DNA of 64,000 nt from an uncultured Candidatus Saccharibacteria bacterium (GTDB lineage Bacteria > Patescibacteriota > WWE3 > UBA101185 > 2-01-FULL-41-18): NCBI GenBank assembly GCA_964636285.1, contig CAZWQF010000002.1:9669-73668 (forward strand), read 5' to 3'. Both the position numbers and the translations under genes were made by a program. Positions within the stretch are counted from its first letter, which is position 1. Every line of letters starts with the position of its first letter. Shown in pieces: positions 40,374 to 51,718 of this stretch. Under the pieces are notes generated by a model. That model did not search any database and was not told where the DNA came from. It worked only from the letters and a program-made list of their open reading frames with translations.

Positions 40374-40880
40374 ATGCCAGAACAAAATCAGGATGTTGAA
40401 TATGTGATTAGGCCAACAAAAAGTGCCGTTTTTGCTGTTGCGCTTGGAATTGGATTAATTTTATTAGCTTTTTTTACTTACAGATATTTTAATAATGTAC
40501 AAAGTCCAGAGCTTGGAAGTGGCGTCAGTACAATAAATGACGGGATTCCGGACATGGCATATAAAAGAGGTGATGCCTTAGACGCTAACAATCCAAACGA
40601 TAGCCAGTCAGGTAATACACTTGGAGCACAGATTGGGGGGCAAGACACATCAGGTCCAAGAAATATAGTTTGGACTGCAAACGATCTTAAAAAAGGCGAG
40701 ATTGTTGGAGGAACCTACACTGTTAAGTCGGGAGATACTCTTTGGGAAATTGCCGAAGCAAGATATGGAAATGGTGCTGAATGGACAAAGATTGTGTCAG
40801 CAAACTCAGGTAAAATTGGTTACCTTGCGAACGGAAGACAAGCCCTGATCACAACCGGACAAAACCTTATATTGCCTTGA
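40374..40880 (+). CDS. Membrane-anchored LysM-domain protein
   Basis: TM helix; YTVKSGDTLWEIA..YG; ATG 40374 preferred. Confidence 0.9.
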   Translation: MPEQNQDVEYVIRPTKSAVFAVALGIGLILLAFFTYRYFNNVQSPELGSGVSTINDGIPDMAYKRGDALDANNPNDSQSGNTLGAQIGGQDTSGPRNIVWTANDLKKGEIVGGTYTVKSGDTLWEIAEARYGNGAEWTKIVSANSGKIGYLANGRQALITTGQNLILP

Positions 40881-40937
40881 TAAAGTAAAGTGTTACACTA
40901 CTTGTAAGCCTTACGTACGCAGTGCGTAGCTGAATGT

Positions 40938-42519
<1,582 letters not shown>

Positions 42520-42523
<4 letters not shown>

Positions 42524-42864
42524 AAAACACCTCCTCTTTCATGTAAGGCCTCGGCTAAGGTTTGATTGTCAAAAATAGACCTCTCAAAGTCATCAAGCCA
42601 TGTAGTAACTAAGAAATCTATATCAGTTGTTATTGCTTTTAATTCAGCCACAGTAAATTCTTTAAAAAGCTCACCTAAAGCTTCTTTCACCTTGGCAAGA
42701 TCTTTATCTTGTCTTTTTTGATCAGGAAACATTACATCAAGTGTTTCATTGATGTTGAATTGGGATTTAAATTTTGAGGCAGATTGATCAAAAACCTGAA
42801 TGAAAGGTGCTATTAACAGTTCTCTTTGCTCTTGGTATATATCTATTCCTAAACTCATGGGCAT
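42520..42864 (-). CDS. Hypothetical protein coupled to the recombinase
   Basis: 4-nt overlap with recombinase start; contains its GAGGAGG RBS. Confidence 0.65.
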
Positions 42865-42982
42865 TATTTAACTATAAATATATTTATAGTGTATATAAAT
42901 ATAATGATAGAGTCAAGTAGTTTTCCTTATAGGTGTACTAAAAAACTAAATAAGGGTATACTTCAATAAATTTTCCTGCCTA

Positions 42983-45565
42983 GTGAAAATAGGCATGACT
43001 GACATTAATCAACTTAAAATTAGTAATGTCATTGAATGGGTATTAAAACACCCATTTTTAGGGTCTTCAAAACTTCCGATTGGTCTTGAAATAGCACTCG
43101 TTTGTCTACTTTCAATATTAGTTTTAATTTTTCTTATTAAATTATTTGGTTTACTCCTAAGTCTTAAGTCTCAGTTAAGCTCAAGTTACGACCTGTTACT
43201 CTTAACTCCACCTAAAGAGATTGAAAAACTCCCAGAATCTACAAAAGAGTTATTTAAGCTTTTACATTCTTTAGGTAAAAACCAACCACTGCTCAATAGA
43301 ATACTCAATGTATTTTCTTGTTATTCATTAGAAATAGTATCTACAAAAGAAAAGGGAATATATTTTCTTTTAAGATGCCCTCAAAGAGATACAGGCACAA
43401 TAAAACGAAGCTTAGTAGCTTACTCTCCTGACATTTTAATTTCAGAAACTAATGACTATTTGAATGACCTAGCTAGTTCAAAAGTCACCGAATTAAAGCT
43501 ATCAGGACACAAATTTTTACCACTAGAGTCACAGGCTAACTTAAAGGCAAGTGACCCAATCGCATATTTAACTGGCATGATGACAAAACTATCTGAAAAT
43601 GAATTAATTGCGTTGCAGTTTGTTATAACTCCTTTTCAAGAAAATAAAGAATTTTTTGAATTAAAGCAAAAGCTAAATTCCAATATTAATGTTGTTGAAT
43701 TACTTAAGCATTCTAGATTTAATCTAGTTAAATTTCTCCCAAAAGTCTTGTATTCAATTATTTCAATTCCTTTTTGGATTATTGAGAACCTTGCAACCAA
43801 TGGGAACTCAAGCTTCCCAAATGTATTTAATGAAGGGACTAGAAAAATCGATTCCTTAAGTCCTAATAATGAAGTTCAGGCAAGAATTCAATCGAAAGTA
43901 ACCCAACCACTTTTTACAACCAATATTAGAGTCCTTGTTAAATCTGATCGCACACTAACGCTTTCAGAGAGAACTCGTGGTTTACTATCTTCATTTAATG
44001 GCTTTACCTATGCCAGTTACCAATCAGTAAAGCCTGTAAGGGTGCTTAAGTTTGAGTTTGTTAAACAAATACTTCTTAAACTTTTCTCAAAAAGAATTGT
44101 AGGAGTATTTAACTCGTCAATTTTATCTGTGTCTGAAGTTTCAGATTTATTTCATTTTCCATTTACACGATCGGCTAAAACAGAAAACTTAGTAAAGCTT
44201 CACTATAAAGAGCTTCCTGCTCCGATATCACTTAAAGGCCAAAAGAAGCTTGATATTGTCTTTGCTAAAAACACTTTTAACCAATCAGAAACCCCTATTG
44301 GACTTACTACTGACGAGCGAAGACGACACATGTACATTATTGGTGCAACAGGGACTGGAAAATCCACAATCCTACTTTCAATGCTTAAACAAGATATTAT
44401 GAATGGTAAAGGAGTTTGTTTAATCGACCCACATGGAGATTTATCTGAGCAAGTTTTATCACTCATACCAGAAAATAGAGTTAAAGATGTTATTTACTTT
44501 AATCCAGATGATACTGAGTACCCAATTGGTATAAATCTACTTGAACAAACACCAGGACTAACGCCTGCTGAATCAATTAGAGAAAAAGAATTTATAGCAG
44601 AAAGCATTATCTCGGTCTTTCACAAAATCTATTCTGATAAATACTCAGGTCCTCGAATGGAGTACATCTTAAGAAATACTATTCATACAGCTTTTACTGT
44701 TCCTGATGCAACGCTTTTTACAGTCCAAAAACTGTTAATTAATACCAACTACAGAAAATCTGTTACAAACAATCTAACTGACGAAAACCTTAAAGAATTT
44801 TGGAAGTATGAGTTTAATAAAGCTGGTGATTACCAGAAGGTTAAGATGATTAGCCCGATTACAAATAAGATTGGACGGTTTTTATTTAGCTCAACTGCTA
44901 AACAAATTCTAGAACAGCCCAAATCAACCATAAACTTTGATGCAATCTTAAACGACGGCAAAATATTAATTTGTAATCTTTCCAAAGGAAAAATCGGTGA
45001 GGATAACTCAAGCATCTTTGGTGTACTTCTCATGGCAAAAATCCAGCTAGCTTCTTTAAAACGAGCGAGAATTAAAGAATCAGAGCGAAAAGACTTTTAT
45101 TTGTACGTCGATGAATTTCAAAACTTTGCTACTTCAGCCTTTGCTCAAATACTTTCTGAAGCGAGAAAATACAGGCTTAACGCAATTCTTGCTCACCAGA
45201 CTACTTCACAACTTGAAGACTCATCCCTAGTTAATGTGACACTGGCTAACACTGGTACCGTTATATGTTTCAGAACTGCTAACCCAGAAGATGAAAGAGT
45301 TGTATTGCCTCAGTTTAGACCTTATGTAGAACAAGGGGAGATAGTTAATTTACCTTCATATCATTTTTATATGAAGCTTGGAGCAATGAACCCTGAAGAG
45401 CCGTTCTCAGGTGTGACTATACCTATCACTGTAAGTAACGGTAGTAATACAAACATGGTAATCGAAAGTTCAAGAAAAAATTATGCAAAAACTTTAAAAC
45501 CAAAAGAAGTTGGGAGTGAGACTAAAACAAACAAATCTACGGTATATAAGCCAAAGAACTTATAA
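42983..45565 (+). CDS. VirD4/TraG-like type IV coupling ATPase
   Basis: N-terminal TM, RRRHMYIIGATGTGKS, IDPHGD, LYVDEFQNF, SEARKY. Confidence 0.9.
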   Translation: MKIGMTDINQLKISNVIEWVLKHPFLGSSKLPIGLEIALVCLLSILVLIFLIKLFGLLLSLKSQLSSSYDLLLLTPPKEIEKLPESTKELFKLLHSLGKNQPLLNRILNVFSCYSLEIVSTKEKGIYFLLRCPQRDTGTIKRSLVAYSPDILISETNDYLNDLASSKVTELKLSGHKFLPLESQANLKASDPIAYLTGMMTKLSENELIALQFVITPFQENKEFFELKQKLNSNINVVELLKHSRFNLVKFLPKVLYSIISIPFWIIENLATNGNSSFPNVFNEGTRKIDSLSPNNEVQARIQSKVTQPLFTTNIRVLVKSDRTLTLSERTRGLLSSFNGFTYASYQSVKPVRVLKFEFVKQILLKLFSKRIVGVFNSSILSVSEVSDLFHFPFTRSAKTENLVKLHYKELPAPISLKGQKKLDIVFAKNTFNQSETPIGLTTDERRRHMYIIGATGTGKSTILLSMLKQDIMNGKGVCLIDPHGDLSEQVLSLIPENRVKDVIYFNPDDTEYPIGINLLEQTPGLTPAESIREKEFIAESIISVFHKIYSDKYSGPRMEYILRNTIHTAFTVPDATLFTVQKLLINTNYRKSVTNNLTDENLKEFWKYEFNKAGDYQKVKMISPITNKIGRFLFSSTAKQILEQPKSTINFDAILNDGKILICNLSKGKIGEDNSSIFGVLLMAKIQLASLKRARIKESERKDFYLYVDEFQNFATSAFAQILSEARKYRLNAILAHQTTSQLEDSSLVNVTLANTGTVICFRTANPEDERVVLPQFRPYVEQGEIVNLPSYHFYMKLGAMNPEEPFSGVTIPITVSNGSNTNMVIESSRKNYAKTLKPKEVGSETKTNKSTVYKPKNL

Positions 45566-46021
45566 CGAAGAAAGTTTTCTTATTAACTCATCATTATTTA
45601 TATATTTGTAAGTTGTTAGCCCAGCATGTGACGCGGCTATTAAATTCTCATTTGAATCGTCGATAAATAATATTTCCGAGGGAGAAGCACCTAACTTTAT
45701 TGAAATTTCAGTATAAGCTCCTGGATCCTTCTTGCCTTTACCAAGATCTATAGCAGATATAACGGTGTCAAATACCTCATGAACTTTATCCTTAATCTCT
45801 GGTGCATCTTGTATAGTTTCCGAGGTGAATATAACTAACCTTCGATCTGAATGTTTTTTCAGATCTATCAGTATCTCATCGTTCAGCTTGAAGTAATTAG
45901 TAAAAATAAACCCTGATTCATTCTTTTTTTCTTTATACAAGTTATTTAGTGAGCCAGTATATAGATCATCCGTAGGAAACAAGAGCACTCTTGAAAAATC
46001 GAATAAAAGAATTTTGACCAT
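45560..46021 (-). CDS. HAD-family hydrolase
   Basis: LLFDFSRVL, K.DP, FIDDS..NL; ATG 46021 has TATAAT 6 nt upstream. Confidence 0.8.
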   Translation of the reverse strand: MVKILLFDFSRVLLFPTDDLYTGSLNNLYKEKKNESGFIFTNYFKLNDEILIDLKKHSDRRLVIFTSETIQDAPEIKDKVHEVFDTVISAIDLGKGKKDPGAYTEISIKLGASPSEILFIDDSNENLIAASHAGLTTYKYINNDELIRKLSSL

Positions 46022-46204
46022 GTTCAAATTATACTCTAGATTATATATTTTGCCTTATTATCAGATATTGCCAACGGTAGGCAATCTATATACATAAAAT
46101 ACATTGATATTAAGCCATAATTAAAATAGAGTGTCCCTTCTATACTCATATATATATATGAGGGAGGAAATGTTACAATAACCAAAACTGCCCAAGAAAA
46201 ACAT

Positions 46205-46975
46205 ATGGACAGTACTAAACTATCTCAAAAACAAATTGACCTAATCAAAACTATCTATCGATTCAGATTCCTAACCAGTATCCAGCTACAACAACTCTTT
46301 ACTAATATTCCTCAAAGAACACTCAACTACAATCTCAAACACTTATATTCAAACAACTACATAAACAGACACTATTCAAGAAGTGACAAAGATACATTCA
46401 ATCCAGCTATCTACTTTCTAAATACCCAAAGCATAAATGTATTAAAATCTTTAAACCCAAAAGACTCTGGGATTAATAAAAGGGTATATAATGAAAAATA
46501 TCGCTCACAAACCTTTGTTTCTGGTCAGATTGAGTTAGCAAATTATTTTTTATACCTCTCTCAAAAAGTTAAAGACCAAAAAGCTAGCCTAGATTACTTT
46601 ACTGAAATTGATCTGATTGGAAGTACTCTCTTTATAAAACCATACCCACATGTGTACTTTAAAAGAGTAGATAGCTTAGGTGAAGAGTCTCACTTTATTT
46701 TTGAATATCTTCATGGGGACACTACAAGAGCAGCAATAATTACTCTTATTCAAAGACTGGGTAGACAATTTGAATCAGAGAGATTTCAAAAGAAGCTTCA
46801 AATACAGTTCCCAAGTATTTTGATCATGTGTGAAACCCAAAGAGTTAAAAAAAGGTTAAATACAGAGCTTGTCAAGCGAAATGACTCACTTCAAATAAGC
46901 ACCGAGACTATTTTTATGGCTACAAAAGACGAAGCTTATAAGGGTGAATGGTCTCCTGTTGTTGATAAAGACTAG
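46205..46975 (+). CDS. Replication-relaxation (Replic_Relax-like) protein, putative relaxase
   Basis: IYRFRFLTSIQLQQL winged-helix N-terminus, PAIYFL, PD-(D/E)xK-like C-terminal half; near VirD4. Confidence 0.7.
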   Translation: MDSTKLSQKQIDLIKTIYRFRFLTSIQLQQLFTNIPQRTLNYNLKHLYSNNYINRHYSRSDKDTFNPAIYFLNTQSINVLKSLNPKDSGINKRVYNEKYRSQTFVSGQIELANYFLYLSQKVKDQKASLDYFTEIDLIGSTLFIKPYPHVYFKRVDSLGEESHFIFEYLHGDTTRAAIITLIQRLGRQFESERFQKKLQIQFPSILIMCETQRVKKRLNTELVKRNDSLQISTETIFMATKDEAYKGEWSPVVDKD

Positions 46976-47001
46976 CCCGCAGTTTTTTAGGCTACGGGCT
47001 A
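46973..47001. terminator. Hairpin between convergent genes
   Basis: TAGCCCG.AG...CT.CGGGCTA. Confidence 0.55.
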
Positions 47002-47007
47002 AATGCT

Positions 47008-47298
47008 TTACTGTTTTACTTCTGAAAGCTTCACAGGCTTAAAATACATATCTCGTTCTACTTTTACACCAAGCGGACCAGTTAGGGATTCAAGCTCGCT
47101 CAGTGAAAAATATCCGAGTTCTGGGAAGTTTCCCACCACACACCCAAAGAATGAATCATTACCATCAAACTCAAGCACATACCAAGTCCAACCAGTTCCA
47201 GGTAGAAAAAACTTGACCTTAACTTCTGGATCGTTGATCTTCTCGCAGGAATAGATCTTGGGTAAGCTTTCTCTTAACTCTTTAGTTAATAATTTCAT
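47008..47298 (-). CDS. DUF2958 family protein
   Basis: KFFLPGTGWTWYVLE, ELGYFSLSEL, VERDMYF; AGGAGG RBS. Confidence 0.9.
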   Translation of the reverse strand: MKLLTKELRESLPKIYSCEKINDPEVKVKFFLPGTGWTWYVLEFDGNDSFFGCVVGNFPELGYFSLSELESLTGPLGVKVERDMYFKPVKLSEVKQ

Positions 47299-47339
47299 CT
47301 AGATTCACCTCCTTTGTTTCAGCCTTTTAAAATTTATTG

Positions 47340-47463
47340 ATCGAAGGCTGCCTGCCTTCGATACCTGTGAAACAAAAAGCGGGGTGAATGTTTGCAAGGG
47401 CGAACTTTAGTGAGTTCATTGAAGCGAAGCGGAAACCCTTGCAAATAGAGGGGTAAGACCCCT
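47340..47463 (-). promoter_or_regulatory. Multi-hairpin element upstream of DUF2958 (ssDNA promoter/ssi-like)
   Basis: Perfect IRs 47340-48/47354-62, 47391-400/47436-45, 47402-06/47413-17, 47449-54/47458-63; GAAGCGAAGCG in loop. Confidence 0.55.
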
Positions 47464-47495
47464 GAATAACTTTATGATTGTGATAAACTGCGAAT

Positions 47496-48104
47496 ATGAA
47501 AAATGGAATTATTTATATCATGACAACTGCAGTTTCAGGTCTTATAAAAATAGGCCAATCAGGGAATGTTAACTATCAGGAGCGAATGCGTTTTTTGGAA
47601 GCAAATGGTTACTATAATGTATCTGGCTTAAAACGATTTTTTGCTATTGAGCTAGAAGACTACATCGAAAAAGAGAGATTACTTCATGAAATATTTAGTA
47701 AACAACAAATTGGTGATAGTGAGTTATTTGCACTCGATTACGACTTAGTAAGACAGTTGCTTCTTTCGTTTGAAGGTAAGGTAATCTACCCAAAGGATAT
47801 AAAGCAAGAAACCGAGTTTGATGAGGTTGCAAAAGCACGAAGACAAGGACAACTATTTAGTTTTTATAAAAAGGGTCTAAAAATTGGTGACGAAATTGTC
47901 TTTATCGAAGATTCAGAAATAAAAGTTAAAATTGTTGGTGAGCGGGAAGTTGAGTATGGAGGTCAAGTTTGGAAACTATCACCATTAACCTACAAATTAT
48001 TTGAACAAAAAGGCAAACTTAACAACTCAGGAGCGTATCAAGGTGCTAATTACTTCTTGTACAATGGAAAAAAGCTAAAAGATCTTCCTGACATAAACAA
48101 ATAA
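47496..48104 (+). CDS. GIY-YIG (T5orf172-like) nuclease with RAMA-like C-terminal domain
   Basis: GIIYIM...LIKIG, ERLLH, ELF; C-terminal GANYFLYNGKKL. Confidence 0.7.
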   Translation: MKNGIIYIMTTAVSGLIKIGQSGNVNYQERMRFLEANGYYNVSGLKRFFAIELEDYIEKERLLHEIFSKQQIGDSELFALDYDLVRQLLLSFEGKVIYPKDIKQETEFDEVAKARRQGQLFSFYKKGLKIGDEIVFIEDSEIKVKIVGEREVEYGGQVWKLSPLTYKLFEQKGKLNNSGAYQGANYFLYNGKKLKDLPDINK

Positions 48105-48184
48105 CAATTCATTCGATGTGGTTATAGGAATACCTTTATTAAAGCTTGTTGTGAATAAAGTAAAAGTTGATTAATCTATAACTA

Positions 48185-48703
48185 ATGCCAATTACACTTA
48201 TACTGTTATCATTGCTAGTTTTTGCAAGTTTGCTTGCAATCCTGTTTTATATCAAGTTTATTGATGAAAGAAACAAAAATTTAAACCTTCAAGGTAAGCT
48301 TAACCCGTATCAGAAGAAAACACATTTTTTAACTAATCCTGAGCTTGAGCTATTCAAACTTTTAACTACAAGCATTAATGAACGCAAGTTCCATATATGC
48401 CCACAACTTCACCTTTCTACACTACTTAAAGTTAAAGATGACGCTAACGATATCAAGGGTAAATTCGAATGGTTAAATAGCTTATATGTTGATTTTGTTA
48501 TATTCGAAAAAGAAAATATGAATCCAATATTAGTTATAGAACTTAACGATTCCACACACAAATGGGGGAGCAGGCATGCACGGGATCAGTTTGTAGCTAA
48601 AGCGCTAATGGAAAATGATATAAAGCTAGTTACAATTGCTGGCATTAATGCAGATGAAATAAGTATACAAAATATCCTAAATGAATATAATTTAGTAAAT
48701 TAA
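48185..48703 (+). CDS. DUF2726 family protein
   Basis: N-terminal TM; LTNPE..F, VDFVI, VIELNDSTH, RDQF. Confidence 0.88.
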   Translation: MPITLILLSLLVFASLLAILFYIKFIDERNKNLNLQGKLNPYQKKTHFLTNPELELFKLLTTSINERKFHICPQLHLSTLLKVKDDANDIKGKFEWLNSLYVDFVIFEKENMNPILVIELNDSTHKWGSRHARDQFVAKALMENDIKLVTIAGINADEISIQNILNEYNLVN

Positions 48704-48708
48704 CAAAT

Positions 48709-49032
48709 ATGAAAGTCAAAATTGTTGTTTTTGTACCTAAAACTCATACAGATATAGTTAGAAAAGCCATGGGTGATGCAGGAGCTGGAAAAATAGGCTT
48801 ATACAGCCACTGCAGTTACTCTTCAGATGGAGTAGGTAGATACATACCAATGGCTGGCGCAGACCCATTTATTGGACAAGTTGGTAAGTTTGAAGAAGTG
48901 GTTGAAGAAAAAGTCGAGTGTATCTGTGACAAAAGTATTGCAAAAGAAGTTATTACTTCAATGAAAAAGGTACACCCGTATCAAGAGGTGGCATTCGATA
49001 TTTACCCTCTTATCACAGAAGAAGATCTATGA
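48709..49032 (+). CDS. YqfO/NIF3 PII-like domain protein
   Basis: VFVP, AGAGKIGLYSHCS, HPYQEVAFD. Confidence 0.88.
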   Translation: MKVKIVVFVPKTHTDIVRKAMGDAGAGKIGLYSHCSYSSDGVGRYIPMAGADPFIGQVGKFEEVVEEKVECICDKSIAKEVITSMKKVHPYQEVAFDIYPLITEEDL

Positions 49033-49532
49033 TGTTTGTTAAACATTATGTAAAAGAGTTACCGAATAAGGGGACAGGTGTTTTTTCCTCAGAATTTATT
49101 CCTAAAGGTACTTTAATTTGGAAACTCACAAAGTCAAAGTCATACAATAGATTTGAGTGGGAACAACTTCCAGAAGATCTTAAGAAAGAAGCCTATCCTG
49201 ATTCAGACGGAAACTTCATTGTTGCAGAAGGTAAAGAAGAATCATGGAATCATAGTTGCAATGCAAACACTTGGTGGAAATCAGATAATGAGCTATCTGC
49301 GAGATTTGATATTAATAAAGATGAAGAAATTACTTATGACTATGCAACAACAGATATAGATGAAAATCCTTTAAATAATGAGGAATACCCGTGGATATGT
49401 GTATGTGGTCAACCAAACTGTAGAAAAATTTTACATTGGAACGATATTTTAAAACCAGAAATATATAAGCTATATGAAGGACATTTACCATCCTGGGTAG
49501 AGAAATTTGTCAGTCAAAATATAAAAATATGA
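49029..49532 (+). CDS. SET-domain protein (lysine methyltransferase fold)
   Basis: KGTGVF, NHSCNAN, EEITYDY, post-SET CVCGQPNCR. Confidence 0.92.
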   Translation: MMFVKHYVKELPNKGTGVFSSEFIPKGTLIWKLTKSKSYNRFEWEQLPEDLKKEAYPDSDGNFIVAEGKEESWNHSCNANTWWKSDNELSARFDINKDEEITYDYATTDIDENPLNNEEYPWICVCGQPNCRKILHWNDILKPEIYKLYEGHLPSWVEKFVSQNIKI

Positions 49533-50200
49533 AGCTAGCAATTTTAATTCCAGGTTATCTTGATTCACCTGAGTACACACATTTAATAACACTTGATAAA
49601 GAACTAACAAAATTTGGTTATTCAGTTAAACGATTAGATATATGTAATCTTTGGAGTGGTGGCAAGATTGAAGATTACACACTTTCAAACGCGTTAACTC
49701 AATTAAGTAATACTATTCAACAATCTTTGTCCGACAAACCAGAAGAAATTATATTAGTCGGCCATAGTATGGGTGGGCTACTTTCAATAGTTGCAGGCGA
49801 CAAGTTTGAAGAAGTAACTAAAGTAATTGCAATCTGCCCGCCACCTGACACTTTAGGAATGGCGGGTAAATGGGTGGGTGAAATAAGAAAATCTAAAAGA
49901 GACTTACCCGAAGATAGTTCTAAATTTAGAGAATTTGAAGTTCCTATAAATTATTTATCTGATTCATTAAAATACTCTGCAGTTGATTCAGTTAAAACCC
50001 TAAAGCATCCGCTAATGATTTTAATCTGTATGAGTGATACTTCAGTACCACCAGCTGAAAGTGAAAAAATAGTTAAATTAGCAAAAGAACCACATGTTGT
50101 GAGACTTGAAGGAATTGGGCATGATTTTAGACATTCAATAAAAGATAGTAATGAAGTTTGTAATGAGGTTTTGAAATACCTTCAATCACATGTTCGATAA
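49529..50200 (+). CDS. Alpha/beta hydrolase
   Basis: GHSMGG nucleophile elbow, D..VP, GHDF. Confidence 0.9.
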   Translation: MKLAILIPGYLDSPEYTHLITLDKELTKFGYSVKRLDICNLWSGGKIEDYTLSNALTQLSNTIQQSLSDKPEEIILVGHSMGGLLSIVAGDKFEEVTKVIAICPPPDTLGMAGKWVGEIRKSKRDLPEDSSKFREFEVPINYLSDSLKYSAVDSVKTLKHPLMILICMSDTSVPPAESEKIVKLAKEPHVVRLEGIGHDFRHSIKDSNEVCNEVLKYLQSHVR

Positions 50201-50777
50201 TACAGAGTATTTAGAGCTAAAAGCTAAGTATGGAGGCTTTTCAAGCTGGGCTATATGGGACAAGCTCAATGAAAGTGATACTACAATAATCGATAGGCAT
50301 ATTGAATCTTTAAATTCAAACTCAGTATTTTTAGGACTAAATGTATCGTCAAAGCTAATAAATAAACCATGGAGTAACTTTCATGGAGGCAAGCATGATA
50401 GAAAGATTAAATACGCGTGTAATGATACTGAGTTAAGAGGATCTTATATAACAGATATATTTAAAGACTTAGATGAATTACATTCAGAGAATGTTAAGTT
50501 AAAACTGACACCGGATGTACTTATAAATAGCATTAATCAGTTTAACAATGAAATGAAGGATATAAAACTAACTAGTAACTCAACGTTCGTGATCTTTGGA
50601 ACTCCAAACTCTCTAATAGCAAGGTGTTTTAACGAATATTTTAAACAAGATTATAGGAATCCAATCGTGTTTCACTATCACTACTCCTATTACAGCTTGA
50701 CTGATCGACAGTGGGTAGAAGGTTTATGGGATAAGCTAAATATAAACGCTGATTTTAATAACATTAAATCAAACTAA
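50190..50777 (+). CDS. Hypothetical protein (possible UDG-like fold)
   Basis: SSWAIW, VFLGLN, WSNFH, YITDIFK, HYS motifs; fold is a guess. Confidence 0.55.
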   Translation: MFDNTEYLELKAKYGGFSSWAIWDKLNESDTTIIDRHIESLNSNSVFLGLNVSSKLINKPWSNFHGGKHDRKIKYACNDTELRGSYITDIFKDLDELHSENVKLKLTPDVLINSINQFNNEMKDIKLTSNSTFVIFGTPNSLIARCFNEYFKQDYRNPIVFHYHYSYYSLTDRQWVEGLWDKLNINADFNNIKSN

Positions 50778-50866
50778 TAGAAAAAAATAACTAAGAAGTC
50801 TTGCAACTAAATTATAACTTCGTCTCAATTTCCGAAACCTCTATGCTTAAAAATTCAAAAATGAAA

Positions 50867-51718
50867 TCATACGATTTTATCAAGGTGACAGCGTTTATAC
50901 TTCAACCCTGAACCACACCAACATGGATCGTTTCTCCCAATATGCAGATTTGGCTCAATATATCTGTTATAGGGATTACCAACTAATCTAAATCCACCTT
51001 TTTTTGAATCTATCTCTATAATTCCCCCAACAATCTTAAAATTTCCGATAATTTGCGCATTACCAATTTTCATTTTGGATTTCTGAAGTGTTATCAATTG
51101 GTTATTAAACCAAAGCTTCCCCAAAATTTCGATAGGAAAAACGCTCGCATTAATTTTTAATGAAATCTTGTACAAAGCGCTACGAATAATTAATAAATTG
51201 TACGAGTATTCCAGATCCCAAATTACATTTGTTCTTGCAACCCACTCGTTATCTACAATTTCTGCAACTAGCTCATTCTTGGCATCATATAACTTCACGT
51301 TTAACAATAACGTGCCGTGAGATGTTTGCCTTACGCTTAATAAGTGCTCGTTATCTATTTTGATTATTGTTCCTGGGCCAGAGGAAAAAGTTGAATTCCC
51401 CAACTTAAGATCACAATTATCCTGTTTTACATGTAAATTTCCATTTACTAAATTACGTGTGAAATTGAATGGTTTTTCTTTGAATGCTCTTTGATCACCT
51501 TCACTCATTACCTTAACCTCATCATGATGATTTGGACATAAAATCATCATATCTTCTGGGCGAAAATGAGGATCTATATTGTAAGGGATGATGTGATGGT
51601 ACTGAAATATTGGATGACCACAAACACAACACCCATAACCTGCTTCGACACGTAATATGCGTTTAACAACCTCTGGAACTGGAGGTCTATTGATAAAATC
51701 GTTGGACATAGTGTGCAT
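50867..51718 (-). CDS. HNH endonuclease fused to SEC-C Zn-binding motif
   Basis: CCVCG...YHHI...LCPNHH; C-terminal GRNDPCWCGSGLKYKRCH. Confidence 0.85.
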   Translation of the reverse strand: MHTMSNDFINRPPVPEVVKRILRVEAGYGCCVCGHPIFQYHHIIPYNIDPHFRPEDMMILCPNHHDEVKVMSEGDQRAFKEKPFNFTRNLVNGNLHVKQDNCDLKLGNSTFSSGPGTIIKIDNEHLLSVRQTSHGTLLLNVKLYDAKNELVAEIVDNEWVARTNVIWDLEYSYNLLIIRSALYKISLKINASVFPIEILGKLWFNNQLITLQKSKMKIGNAQIIGNFKIVGGIIEIDSKKGGFRLVGNPYNRYIEPNLHIGRNDPCWCGSGLKYKRCHLDKIV

